Positions 1 to 11,564 are shown, numbered from the stretch's first letter. The stretch is DNA of 64,000 bases from Cenarchaeum sp. (GCA_965242695.1 CBDESU010000002.1:1472001-1536000), one strand, 5' to 3'. Notes: a model not told the origin generated them from the sequence alone. Translations and numbers: made by a program.

Positions 1-521
1 CTGCACGTCTCCGGGGGACTCCTCGGCTCGACCAGCTCTGGGGGCATGTCGGGGTCGACCGGCTCGCCTTCCGGTTCGATCTCGACCTCTGAGACCATCT
101 TGCGTATGCCGGCCACCGTTGCCCGCACCTCCTCTAGGCCGTCCATGGGATCGGCATCCCTGCCGTCCCTGTACGCCCTGCCGACCCTGCGCAGGTACGC
201 GAGAATGTCGCCCAGGGCATGCATTGCATCCGCATACGTGCCGGCCGTCGTCGGCATGTCTGCTATCTTGGACATGTCCCCGTACACCTCGGCCAGGGTG
301 CGCGCCAGGCGCACGCCCTTGTCCCAGCGCGCGCCCGCCGAGTACGCGCCGATCATCTCGGCGATGTGGATGCACTGGTCGGTGCGAACCATGGCCGTAG
401 GTTCGATCAGCGAGATGAACAGCCGCTTGATCTCCTCGTCGGGCATCGCGATCAGGACCTGCTTGGCGGCGCCTGCGGGCTTGCCCGTGCGATCGCGCTG
501 CGCCTCCTTGACGGCCTGCAT
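1..521 (-). CDS. 5' part of a paralog of the 232-aa PIN-associated protein (runs off the window edge)
   Basis: Positions 1-548 closely match ~1752-2300. Same ATG context (CAT at 519-521, MQAVKEAQRDR...) and same upstream TATA-like element. Confidence 0.75.
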   Translation of the reverse strand, partial: MQAVKEAQRDRTGKPAGAAKQVLIAMPDEEIKRLFISLIEPTAMVRTDQCIHIAEMIGAYSAGARWDKGVRLARTLAEVYGDMSKIADMPTTAGTYADAMHALGDILAYLRRVGRAYRDGRDADPMDGLEEVRATVAGIRKMVSEVEIEPEGEPVDPDMPPELVEPRSPPETC

Positions 522-958
522 GCCCGTACTGGGGCGGGGCGCTATATGACGCTAGGGGACGCATCTGGCTATTCTGTGCGCGGAGCCGCGCCATGCGCCA
601 GGATACCTCGGCAGTCGAGACCTGACGTGGCGCTCTCCCCTGCCGTGATCCGCGCGGCGCCGTGCTTGGGAGCAGTCCGGCGAATCTCCATAGGGACGGG
701 CTTGCACCTTTGCCCCTCCGCCGCACCGTGCATGTGGACATGCGGCTGTTCCCCGTGGCCGCCACCAACCGCCGCACCGCGGTTCGGCTTGCGGAACGCG
801 GCATGGCATCGCGGCTGCTGTCTAGGCAGTTGCCGGGCGGATCGACTCGCACACACTCGGGGAATGTCGAGACGGCGGGCTCAGTGTGTGCTTTGCCATG
901 CAAAGCGCGGCCGGACTGCGACATCGGCGCGCCTGTCGGATGCGCAGAGTGCTCCAGC

Positions 959-1552
959 CTACCGCGGCCGGAGGATGATGATATTCATGCCGCCGTACCG
1001 CTTGTCGCCGCTGATCTGCGCAAAGGCCTTGTCCGTGGTGCATATGATCTGCGCGCCCGCAAGGAGTGCCATGTCGATGTGTATCAAGTCGATCGGCCCT
1101 AGTCCCTCGTGCCGGTACGTGTTGCCCTTGCGGGCTTGTGGCGTCTCGCCCTCTAGGCCGAGCATTTTTTTGTGCAGGGGAGCAAGATCAGGCTGCACCG
1201 AGGTGATGTCTCCGTACATGTCTGCCATCTTGTCTGACCTCAGGGTGTTGATGACGCGCCTTACATCCTTGACCGCCTTCGCCGCTTCTCCATCGACGGC
1301 CTCGCGCTCCCTGCCGCTTACGTCACGGCACCTGGTGTTCGCCTTGACGCGCTTGCGTATCACGTCGACCGCCTCTGCGAGGGCCAGGCTTGAGATGACC
1401 AGCCGCGCGCCGCTGGATTTGACTGCCTCGAGAAAGCACATCGCTTCGTCAAAGAACGGATCGACCGCCCCCATTACGATCGCCACACTAAAGCCCGTAT
1501 CGGCGTACGCCAATCTTCCACTGCCGCCGATGGGCCTGTAAGCACATGCCAA
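959..1552 (-). CDS. PIN-domain (VapC-like) ribonuclease
   Basis: PIN acidic residues in typical contexts: AYADTG (D1), SSLALAEA (E), GPIDLIHI (D), CTTDKAF (D). Confidence 0.8.
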   Translation of the reverse strand: MACAYRPIGGSGRLAYADTGFSVAIVMGAVDPFFDEAMCFLEAVKSSGARLVISSLALAEAVDVIRKRVKANTRCRDVSGREREAVDGEAAKAVKDVRRVINTLRSDKMADMYGDITSVQPDLAPLHKKMLGLEGETPQARKGNTYRHEGLGPIDLIHIDMALLAGAQIICTTDKAFAQISGDKRYGGMNIIILRPR

Positions 1553-1577
1553 GTCCTGTCTAGGTTAGGCTCTGTTG

Positions 1578-2276
1578 TCACGAGCGTCCACGGCTCCTGA
1601 CTTCCTTGACCATGTCGTTGGAAGACAGGCCGGGAACGGCGTACTTGGACAGCAATCCGACTATGCTCTTGGCCTTTGGCGGGAATATGTGGTCGTCCCC
1701 CATTTCCTTCAAGTCCTTCCGCAGAGACCACTCGCTCCTCATGAGACGCTTCCTGCACGTCTCCGGGGGCCTCTTCGGCTCGACCAGCTCTGGGTGCGTG
1801 TCGGGGTTGACCGGCTCGCCGTCCGGCTCCTTGATCTCTACCTCTGCGACCATCTTGCGTATGCCGGCCACCGTTGCCCGCACCTCCTCTAGGCCGTCCA
1901 TGGGATCGGCATCCCTGCCGTCCCTGTACGCCCTGCCGACCCTGCGCAGGTACGCGAGAATGTCGCCCAAGGCATGCATTGCATCCGCATACGTGCCGGC
2001 CGTCGTAGGCATGTCTGCTATCTTGGACATGTCCCCGTACACCTCGGCCAGGGTGCGCGCCAGGCGGACGCCCTTGTCCCAGCGCGCGCCGGCCGAGTAC
2101 GCGCCGATCAGCTCGGCGATGTGGATGCACCGGTCGGTGCGCGCCATGGCCGTCGGATCGATCAGCGAGATGAACAGTCGCTTGATCTCCTCGTCGGGCA
2201 TTGCGATCAGGACCTGCTTGGCGGCGCCTGCGGGCTTGCCTGTGCGATCGCGCTGCGCCTCCTTGACGGCCTGCAT
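1578..2276 (-). CDS. Hypothetical 232-aa helical protein, putative antitoxin partner of the PIN gene
   Basis: ATG at 2276 with TATA-like element ~25 nt upstream. C-terminus SIVGLLSKYAVPGLSSNDMVKEVRSR resembles VapB-type tails. Lies 25 nt before the PIN gene. Confidence 0.65.
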   Translation of the reverse strand: MQAVKEAQRDRTGKPAGAAKQVLIAMPDEEIKRLFISLIDPTAMARTDRCIHIAELIGAYSAGARWDKGVRLARTLAEVYGDMSKIADMPTTAGTYADAMHALGDILAYLRRVGRAYRDGRDADPMDGLEEVRATVAGIRKMVAEVEIKEPDGEPVNPDTHPELVEPKRPPETCRKRLMRSEWSLRKDLKEMGDDHIFPPKAKSIVGLLSKYAVPGLSSNDMVKEVRSRGRS

Positions 2277-2717
2277 GTCCGCGCTGGGGCGGGGCGCTAT
2301 ATAGGAATGGTGGGCGGCGCCTGCGAATTCCTCGCAGATGTTCAAGATCCCGTCGTTGTCCTGTGACTCGACTAGCGCACCCCTGTCGGCCTCGGCCGTC
2401 CCGGGTTGCGGATGCGGCACACCTGTGTCCCGTGTCCTGCGTGTCCAGACGCGGCACCTAGCGGTAGCCCCTCCCCTTGGCGCCGACACGCAGCTACTTC
2501 CGCCTGCCGCCCTGCCTTCTATGCGCATCTGTCATGGTTGCTGCGTGCCGTGTCGCGCGCGTGCAGAGCGAACAGGGGCAGATGCGGGCGGCCGCTTCGG
2601 GTGGCCTCGACCGCTTGGCGCTCCAACTGCGCCACGCCGGAAGCCTGCTGTCTAGAGGGTACGCAGCTGAACCGTACTGCAAGATCCCTTAATTACCAGC
2701 AGGTCGGCCCTAGCGTC

Positions 2718-2900
2718 GTGAGTACCGGCGAAGACGATGTCAGGAGGGCCAAGGAGATGTTCGGGTGCGAAGATGGCGTCATCCCGTACATCGTAAAGAT
2801 TGGGACCCGCATTAAGAGTGCGACCAAGGCGGAGGCCGATGCCATGCATGCGGAGGCGTCGGGCGGCTCCTACGATCGGGACAACTCGGCCAAGGCGTGA
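2718..2900 (+). CDS. Small hypothetical protein (60 aa)
   Basis: GTG start ~25 nt after ttaatta; protein-like composition (MSTGEDDVRRAKEMFGCEDGVIPYIVKIG...). Confidence 0.4.
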   Translation: MSTGEDDVRRAKEMFGCEDGVIPYIVKIGTRIKSATKAEADAMHAEASGGSYDRDNSAKA

Positions 2901-2915
2901 GGGACGGGCGGCAAT

Positions 2916-3856
2916 CTACACGATGAAAAAATACAGTGCCAGTCCGACAGGAACAAAGTACATCCACAGGAGGCCGTTGCGTATGTGGGCATCGTCTATG
3001 AAGCGCGGGACGACTAGGCTCGACGTGGTATGAACAAGACCAGCAGCGTCTCATGGCGCAGAATTTCCTCCGCGATGGGCCAAAGTGGGTTGTCGCTGTC
3101 AAGCAGGGGGCCTACGCCCAAGGATGCGGCCAGCAGTGTGAGCATGCCTATCACCGACGCGGGCAGCGCAAGGACGGTCTTTTTAGGCACAAGCGAGTAG
3201 GAGAGGATCGCGCTTGCTTTGGATGGCCCTACGTGTAGAGATACGCTTTTTGTCGTATCTCTAAAAACGGCGGTGCCTGCCTTGTCTCCGCGCGAGCCGC
3301 CGCCTGCCGTCTTCACATGCTCCTTGCTTGAGTAGCGCCGACGGGATATGTTGTAGTCAGGGGGCTTGTCGAGTACCCATAACATGGGAAATGACTGTTC
3401 TGGTGGAATGCTGATTATGATGGTACGCACCATCATATTCCGCATGCGATCAATCCACCCTGCCTTTTCCTCAACATGCTCGTATTTTAGGTGTATTACC
3501 CGAGCCTCGTTTGGCCCGAATGCCTTACCGGGTGGGATGCTGAACCACACCAGCCGGGCTTTGCGGTCGTCGATCTCGGCAAGGGTGGCATAGGCCGCGT
3601 CTCGATCGGGACCGGCGGCCGACGCTTCTCTGAGCATGATTTGGAGGTGCTTGCTGGGCAACAGTGGATATTCTTCACCGGACGAGTCGACTATCCGCAG
3701 GTTTGGCATAAAGTCGGGCAACTGTAACACTATATGTTTGGACTCCTTTGCAACGGATCGTATCGTAACTTCCATGTCGACGTCCGTCAACTGGCCATTT
3801 CTGTGGCTGAGGAAGTTTCTGACACGGATGATCTCAAAGCGACTACCGGCCTCCAC
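2916..3856 (-). CDS. Hypothetical protein with C-terminal transmembrane helices; apparent frameshift near 3027
   Basis: ORF 3014-3856 with upstream TTTAAATAT. An alternative frame continues as a hydrophobic tail (TSSLVVPRFIDDAHIRNGLLWMYFVPVGLALYFFIV*) to a stop at 2916. Confidence 0.6.
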
Positions 3857-4308
3857 GGGCCGAACCCACGGCGGTGATATTTAAACATGAGCTGCAAGGC
3901 GGGGCCGGGATAACTGGCCTGCCCCGCCGCGGTTGCAGGGTTGCGTAGGGCAGGTGGTGAGTGGGGGGGGGGCGCCTTAACAGGGGCGGGACTCTGCAGG
4001 CATCTGCCGTCGTGTGGGGCGTCTTGGGACGAGGGGGTCTGTCCGCCGCGGCGCACTTCTGGCGCTCGTGCGCAGGGTACAGGGCACGACGGAGGATCGG
4101 AAGCAACCACTGTGGGCCGCTACGGAAGGGGGAGCCGCTGCGGCGGGTGTCTGGCAGCGCCGCGAGAGCCATGCGCGCTGAACCCTCCCTGCCGCCAACC
4201 CGCATCCGCGTCCGGGCGGGGACAGGCGGGCGATGCAGGGCCATGACGCGCATTCTCCGTAGCGCGCGGGCAGGCATGCCTTATATGGGCAGTGGGGGCG
4301 CGCCTGGC

Positions 4309-4518
4309 ATGAGTACAATCGAAGAGCCGCCGCGAAGCCGGTGGTGGTACGTCCTGCCGATCCTGTTCAGCATCATGGGCGGGCTGATCGCATACTTTGC
4401 GCTGCGCGCCGACGACCCGCCAAAGGCAAAGAACTGCCTGTACGTCGGGTTCGCCATGGTGGCAATCGACGTGGCGGTCATACTCGCGCTCGTCGTAGTC
4501 GGCGTCGCCCTGATGTAG
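4309..4518 (+). CDS. Small two-TM membrane protein
   Basis: MSTIEEPPRSRWWYVLPILFSIMGGLIAYF...; TTATAT box upstream, T-tract downstream. Confidence 0.75.
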   Translation: MSTIEEPPRSRWWYVLPILFSIMGGLIAYFALRADDPPKAKNCLYVGFAMVAIDVAVILALVVVGVALM

Positions 4519-4566
4519 GCGCGGCCCGGACCCTGCGGCCGGCCGGCCTGGCCCGCAACCCCTCCG

Positions 4567-4582
4567 TTTTTCCCTTTTTTTT
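4567..4582 (+). terminator. Oligo-T archaeal terminator (putative)
   Basis: T-rich tract about 50 nt after the stop of the 4309-4518 gene. Confidence 0.45.
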
Positions 4583-4680
4583 GCCCTTCCGCCCTGCCGG
4601 CCCGCGCATTCCTCCCGCGCGCCGATCCGCCCTACCTCCCCCGCCAATCCATTTATTGCGACGCGGCGGCCTAGGCGCGG

Positions 4681-5433
4681 TTGGAGTACCTGCTCGAAAA
4701 CATCCTCAACCTGGTCGGGTTCATCGTGGGGCTCGGCATCGGGGTGATATCGTACGTTGGGTTCCGCAACACGGGCAGCCCGACCCTGTTCCGCCTCGCG
4801 CTCGCGTTCCTGTCGATCAGCGCGGGGTTCTTCGTCGTGTGGGCGGGGTACACGGCCGAGGATTTCTTCGTCAAGTCCGGCAAGATCGAGCGCTGGGTGC
4901 TGACGCTCGGCATCGGCGTGCAGACGGTCGGGTACTTCTTCATCGCATTCTCGCACAGCATAAAGGCGTTCCTCCCGAGGAACCGCAGCCTCCGGTCGGT
5001 CGGGGCCCTGCCGCTCCTGCTCGTCTCGGCCACGCACGTCGAGCACATACTGCGCGCCACCTCGTTCATACTGCTCGTGTACGGGGCCATCGAGACGTTC
5101 CTGTCGTACCTGGACAGCCGGACGCGCGGCGCCCTGGCCGTCTCGGCCGGCCTGGCCCTGCTGGCCCTCGGCGAGTTCCTCGGGTGGTACTCGCTCGTGT
5201 TCCCCGGCTCGCCCCTGTACTATGCGTCCGCGGTCGCCAAGATCGCGGGGCTCGTACTGCTCTTCGTGCCCGTCAGCGGCGTGCCGCTGCGCAAGATGCG
5301 CATCGACGAGAGGCTCGGCGGCGGGGACGGGCCGCCGGGCGGCGCCGGCGGCGGCGGGGAAAGCGGCGGGGCCGCCCCTGCACCGGGGCCCCGCGGCCCG
5401 CCCGCCCCGCCGGCCGGCGCCGGCTCCCCCTAG
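4681..5433 (+). CDS. Multi-pass (about 7 TM) membrane protein
   Basis: Successive hydrophobic helices; TTG start after a TTTATT box; Gly/Pro-rich tail. Confidence 0.8.
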   Translation: MEYLLENILNLVGFIVGLGIGVISYVGFRNTGSPTLFRLALAFLSISAGFFVVWAGYTAEDFFVKSGKIERWVLTLGIGVQTVGYFFIAFSHSIKAFLPRNRSLRSVGALPLLLVSATHVEHILRATSFILLVYGAIETFLSYLDSRTRGALAVSAGLALLALGEFLGWYSLVFPGSPLYYASAVAKIAGLVLLFVPVSGVPLRKMRIDERLGGGDGPPGGAGGGGESGGAAPAPGPRGPPAPPAGAGSP

Positions 5434-5523
5434 CCGGCGCCGCCATGTGTCAACATTCGTTGGCCCGCGGGTCGCAAAAAGTCGACCCCGCGTACGACAT
5501 GCCTTGCCGGGGCGGGATGCGCG

Positions 5524-5811
5524 ATGGCTGCGTACCGCACGCATATCAAGATCATTGGCGACATACTCGAGACGGCCGGCCGGGGCGAGCAGGGCCCCGG
5601 CGGGGCGACCGTCACGCACCTCATCAGGGAGACGAACGTCTCGCACGGGCGCATATCGCGGATGCTTCAGACTCTTGTCTCTCGGGGGCTGCTCGAGCAG
5701 GTCGACTCGGGCGGCGCGTGCCGGTACAGGACGAGCCGCACGGGCCGCGAGTTCCTGAGGGCGTACGAGTCGTTCAGCCGGTTCTCGGACAACTTTGGGC
5801 TGGCCATATAG
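5524..5811 (+). CDS. Winged-helix transcription regulator (HTH_45-like)
   Basis: YRTHIKIIGDIL...VTHLIRETNVSHGRISRMLQTLVSRGLL...YRTSRTGREFL; paralog of 29636-29917. Confidence 0.85.
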   Translation: MAAYRTHIKIIGDILETAGRGEQGPGGATVTHLIRETNVSHGRISRMLQTLVSRGLLEQVDSGGACRYRTSRTGREFLRAYESFSRFSDNFGLAI

Positions 5812-6811
5812 GCGGGGCGCTAGGCGCGGGGGAACTCGGCCAGGTCGTCGTCGTAGTCGTCCTCGAAGCCGTCCCCGAACGGCTCTTCCGGATCGCCCCT
5901 CTCCCTTTCGGCAGGCACTGCGCCGCCCCGCGCGGCGTCGTGCTATTAACAGTGCGGGGGGAGGGCCGCGGCTGGCGCCCCTGTCCAGGCTGGCGGCGAT
6001 GCGCTCGCCGGAGGGGGGGGGGAGAGCGTGCCGCGGTCCGAGGGGCCGTCCGCCGGCCATCCTTGGGTGTACAAGCCCTGGCGCAGGGCGGCGGTGCCGG
6101 ACGGGCGTCCGGGCTGTGGATCCTCCGCGCCCGCCACCATGCCGTCCCTGCGGCCATGGGCGGCGTGCCCGACGCCTCGTAGTGCACCCCGCCCGTGCGC
6201 CTAGCCGCTAGGTGCGCTGCCGGCGCAGGATCCTATTCTCGCGTGCTGGCGGCCTGTGTCGAGGGCGCCTTGATGCAGTCCGGCGCGAACCTCTTGACGA
6301 TCTCCCTCACTCTCCGCCATGGCCCAGGGCGGGCATCGCGCCGATGCCGTTGAGCGTGTGCCTGATTGCCCGCGGTGCCTGCGCTGCCGGCCTGCCGATC
6401 CCATACCTGCCGCGAGCGCAGCTGAGAGCAGTTTGGCACAGCTGGTGCAGGGGCATGCGCCGCATATGCCCAGCACACAGCCTGCACCGTCTGCTCCTCT
6501 GCGACGCCACATGCTAGTCGATATCGTAGGGCGGGAGCGAGAGCCGCCAGGCGGGGAAGTGCCGCCCGGCCCGCCGGAGCGAGCTGCGGTTCGCCATGAT
6601 CCTCCGCCCTGCGGGGGCGAGGGGCGGGGGGGGGGGGTCGCGAGGCCTGCATCCGCCGGAGATCGCGCCGTATTCCGATCCACCCTCGGCGCACCCGCTA
6701 CGGGCGCGCCGTGGGTACCTGCACCGCCCCCGCCCCCACCCGCGCGTCGCGGGAGCCTGAACAACTGCACCGCCGCCCGCCGATCCTGCTCCACCTGTCG
6801 CGATGGACGAC

Positions 6812-6818
6812 TTAAATA
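6812..6818 (+). promoter_or_regulatory. TATA box of cassette copy 1 (copy 2 at 7883-7889)
   Basis: TTAAATA / TTAAATG at the same distance upstream of each ATG, consistent with leaderless transcripts. Confidence 0.6.
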
Positions 6819-6840
6819 CCCCCCGCTTGCTTGCCGGCCC

Positions 6841-7080
6841 ATGAAGGACAGCGATGTATGGAAAGATTACGAGTTCCTCATGTCGCTAGACTACAAGGAG
6901 ATCGAACGGTACTGCGGCGAGTGGGTGGCCGTGGCCAGCCAAGAGATCGTCGCGCACGGCAAGGATCCAAAGCGCGTCCACGAGGAGGGGTGTAAGGCCG
7001 GAAAGGGCATCCCGTTCATGGATTACATATATGCGGATCCATCGGAGTTGCCGCTCTGCTACGGGGTTACCGATGACTAA
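6841..7080 (+). CDS. Small DUF5678-like protein, copy 1
   Basis: RYCGEWVAVASQEIVAHGKD matches the Y-x-G-x-W-V-A-V...IVA-x-G-x-D pattern I associate with DUF5678; duplicated at 7912. Confidence 0.75.
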   Translation: MKDSDVWKDYEFLMSLDYKEIERYCGEWVAVASQEIVAHGKDPKRVHEEGCKAGKGIPFMDYIYADPSELPLCYGVTDD

Positions 7081-7591
7081 TGCATCGTCGGACGGATGGA
7101 TCCGCTCCGCCTACATGGGTACGCGCTACAAGACGGGCGACGCAAGGATTGCCGATGCGCTAGCGCCGGCGGTCCCGATCAACGTGAGGCACCCCGGTGC
7201 CGCAGCCGACAGCAAGGAGGTGGTGCGGGGCATGGCCGTCTTGGACACCGGCGCACACGTGTCGGCGGCGCCGATGTGGGCGGCCAGGCGGCTGGGCATT
7301 GAGCTGGACGAGAAGACTAAACAGCTGGCGTTTGGCGCATCCGGCACGTTCGAGGCGTACCTCGCCAACATTCGCGTAGCTGCTGCACTGGGCGCCACAT
7401 GGGACGACATCGGCGTCGTCAAGGCGCTGTTTCCCGATACGGCGGCGTCGCGCGATCCCGCCTCGCGCGTTCCGTTCCTGCTGGGCAGGAACGGCTTTTT
7501 CAGCAAGTATAGCGCGTGCTTTGACGAGGGCAGAAAGGAGGTCTGGCTTCGCAGGGCCGAGGGCAATCCGCCTGTGGCCGCAATCCTGTAG
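7073..7591 (+). CDS. Retropepsin-like (clan AA) aspartic protease, copy 1
   Basis: Catalytic AVLDTGAHVS and C-terminal FLLGRNGFF (psi-psi-G-R) motifs; 8-nt overlap with the upstream gene (ATGACTAA). Confidence 0.85.
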   Translation: MTNASSDGWIRSAYMGTRYKTGDARIADALAPAVPINVRHPGAAADSKEVVRGMAVLDTGAHVSAAPMWAARRLGIELDEKTKQLAFGASGTFEAYLANIRVAAALGATWDDIGVVKALFPDTAASRDPASRVPFLLGRNGFFSKYSACFDEGRKEVWLRRAEGNPPVAAIL

Positions 7592-7911
7592 CGGCGCCTG
7601 CCCCGAAAGGCCCCTGCAGTGCAGGGCCGCGCACGATTGCCGAACCGGCTCGGAGTGGCGCTAAGACCGTGGGCGCCCGCCGCCCGACATGCAGGGTCAT
7701 GCCCGCAAAAATTTTTCGGCGTGACAGCGGAGCCTGCGGGCATGCCATAGTCGGCCATTGACAGCGGGATGAGGGGAGGACGGGGATCTTTCTGCGCCCA
7801 GCTTCTGGTGGACTGTGCAGGTTGGGGGGTGCACGTACCCGATGAACATGCACGCTTTGACGCCTACGGCACGCCGGACGAGTTAAATGCCCCCTGCTTG
7901 CTTGCCGCCCC

Positions 7912-8151
7912 ATGAAGGACAGCGATGCAAGGAAGGATTACGAGTTCATCGTGTCGTTAGATCCCAAGGAGCTGGTGCGGTACCGTGGCGAGTGGGTGGC
8001 CGTGGCCAGCCAAGAGATCGTCGCGCACGGCAAGGATCCAAAGCGCGTCCACGAGGAGGGGTGCAAGGCCGGAAAGGGCATCCCGTTCATGGACTATATA
8101 TATGCGGATCCCTCAGAGTTTCCGTTCTACTACGGGGTTTCCAATGACTGA
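7912..8151 (+). CDS. Small DUF5678-like protein, copy 2
   Basis: RYRGEWVAVASQEIVAHGKD; 79 aa, same length as copy 1. Confidence 0.75.
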   Translation: MKDSDARKDYEFIVSLDPKELVRYRGEWVAVASQEIVAHGKDPKRVHEEGCKAGKGIPFMDYIYADPSEFPFYYGVSND

Positions 8152-8662
8152 CGCTTCGTCGGACGGATGGGTCCGCTCCGGCTACATGGTTGCGCGCTCC
8201 GCAGCGAGCGATGCAAAGATTACCGCCACACGGGTGCCGGAAGTCCTGATCAACGTGAGGCACCCCGGTGCCGCGCCCGACAGCAAGGAGGTGGTGCGGG
8301 GCAGGGCCGTGCTGGATACCGGCGCACACATGTCGGCGGCGCCGATGTGGGCTGCAGAACAGCTGGGCATTGAGCTAGACGAGGGGACTAGGCAGCTGGC
8401 GTTTGGCGCATCCGGCACGTTCGAGGCGTACCTCGCCGATGTTCGCGTAGCGGCTGAATTGGGCGCCGAGTGGGACGACATCGGCGTCGTCAAGGCGCTG
8501 TTTCCAGACACGGAGGCGTCGCGCGATCCCACCTCGCGCGTCCCGTTCCTGCTGGGAAGGAACGGCTTTTTCAGCAAGTATAGCGCATGCTTTGACGAGG
8601 GCAGAAAGGAGGTCTGGCTTCGCAGGGCCGAAGGCAACCCGCCTGTGGCCGCCATCCTGTAG
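8144..8662 (+). CDS. Retropepsin-like (clan AA) aspartic protease, copy 2
   Basis: AVLDTGAHMS and FLLGRNGFF motifs; overlap ATGACTGA. Confidence 0.85.
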   Translation: MTDASSDGWVRSGYMVARSAASDAKITATRVPEVLINVRHPGAAPDSKEVVRGRAVLDTGAHMSAAPMWAAEQLGIELDEGTRQLAFGASGTFEAYLADVRVAAELGAEWDDIGVVKALFPDTEASRDPTSRVPFLLGRNGFFSKYSACFDEGRKEVWLRRAEGNPPVAAIL

Positions 8663-8885
8663 CCGCGCCCGCCCCGAAAGTCTCTCGCAGTGCGGGCCGC
8701 GTACGATTGCCGAACCGGCTCGGAATGCCACTATGACCGGGTGGGGGGGGGGCGCGGCAAAAGCCCGGCATTCGTCCGCGCCGCGACCCCGCAGACGGCG
8801 GATGCCGCCGCCGGCGGCGCGCCGGATGCGCGCCGGAGCATGCACGCGCCGCCTTCGCCCGCACGCCGCGGCCGCCTCGTGGCGG

Positions 8886-9482
8886 CTACGCGGATCGTCC
8901 GTCAAGCCGGTAGGTGTCGACTATTTTCACCCCGAACACCCTGAGAATCTCGTCGGCAAACATGGTAAAGTCCATGTCGTGCGTCCAGAGTTCCACCACG
9001 TAAAACTGCGCATAGTAGGCCGCCGTCGACAGCACTTTGAGGTCGTTGGCATCGGACCCGAGCACGAGGCCTCTTGCGGCGGCCCCCTTTTTCCTCTTCC
9101 ACTCGGCAAGCTTCCGGCTTCCGGGATTTAGGCTTATCGAGGCGTACATTTCCCGTGCGGCAGCGACGTGCCCCAGCTTGTCCTTGCACTCAAACGCATC
9201 GCGGTACCTGTGGAGCATGCGATGCGCACTGGACCACACCACGCGGGCGCTTCTCCGGCCCAGCTTTTGCACCAGATCCTTCCGCAGGTTCCGCTGCGCC
9301 TCCCTGCCGGCCGTCTCGGGGATTAAAACTAGGCCCATCTGTCCTAGGCGCACCCTTAGCATGTCCGCCCTGCGGCCCGTCGGAGGCATGCCGGCATCGT
9401 GGAGCGCGCACTCCCTGATGTAGTCGATTACAGCGTTGGCATCTGCGACTACGAATACCGTCGCGCCGCCGTTCAAAGGCAC
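8886..9482 (-). CDS. PIN-domain protein
   Basis: VVADANAVIDY (D1), PETAGREA (E), DANDLKVLSTA (D), LWTHDMDF (T-x-D-x-D). Confidence 0.75.
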   Translation of the reverse strand: MPLNGGATVFVVADANAVIDYIRECALHDAGMPPTGRRADMLRVRLGQMGLVLIPETAGREAQRNLRKDLVQKLGRRSARVVWSSAHRMLHRYRDAFECKDKLGHVAAAREMYASISLNPGSRKLAEWKRKKGAAARGLVLGSDANDLKVLSTAAYYAQFYVVELWTHDMDFTMFADEILRVFGVKIVDTYRLDGRSA

Positions 9483-9488
9483 CGGGCA

Positions 9489-11132
<1,644 letters not shown>

Positions 11133-11564
11133 ACGTCAGGGCTGCCAGCATACAATATAAACGACACGACGGCGATACCCGCATGCATTCAGGTTCAAGG
11201 CGATCGCCGCTCATGGTGAGCGAGGGAGGAGGACGGAGGGGAGGCGGCCGTGCCAGGCATGCATGCCCACGGATGCCAGACTCGGGCATCATCTAGCATG
11301 GCAGGGTGCAGAACGGGCGGCGGCGAGAGGGGGAGGAGAGTGGAACGCACCCGGCCCGCAGGACCTGCCGCATCGGAGGCGGAGGCGGCGGCAACGGTGG
11401 GGGCGGCGATGTGGCGGCTGGGGGGGGGGGGTGGACGGCCGGCGGATCCTGCTGCGACCGCCGCGCACGCTCGCGCCGGCCGGCCGCGTCACTCGAGATA
11501 TCGACCTACTCCGGTTTTGCCGCTTTTAAGCGGGCGGCGCGAGGGCGGGTGTGGTGGGCGGAAG

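Larger units (their letters stand above)
1..2303. repeat. Direct duplication: 1-548 vs ~1752-2303
   Basis: Visibly near-identical sequence with scattered substitutions; similarity ends just beyond the TATA-like motif (gctatat). Confidence 0.9.
6805..8740 (+). repeat. Tandem duplication of promoter + two-gene cassette + 3' flank (period 1071 bp)
   Basis: About 6805-7670 aligns with about 7876-8740 by eye; ATGs at 6841/7912 and 7073/8144. Confidence 0.95.

Noticed and set aside
6200-6520. Possible gene remnant upstream of the protease cassette
   Set aside because: No frame gives a recognisable or coherent protein.
7073-8662. Retroelement origin of the aspartic proteases
   Set aside because: No reverse transcriptase, gag or integrase nearby; stand-alone clan AA proteases are common in prokaryotes.
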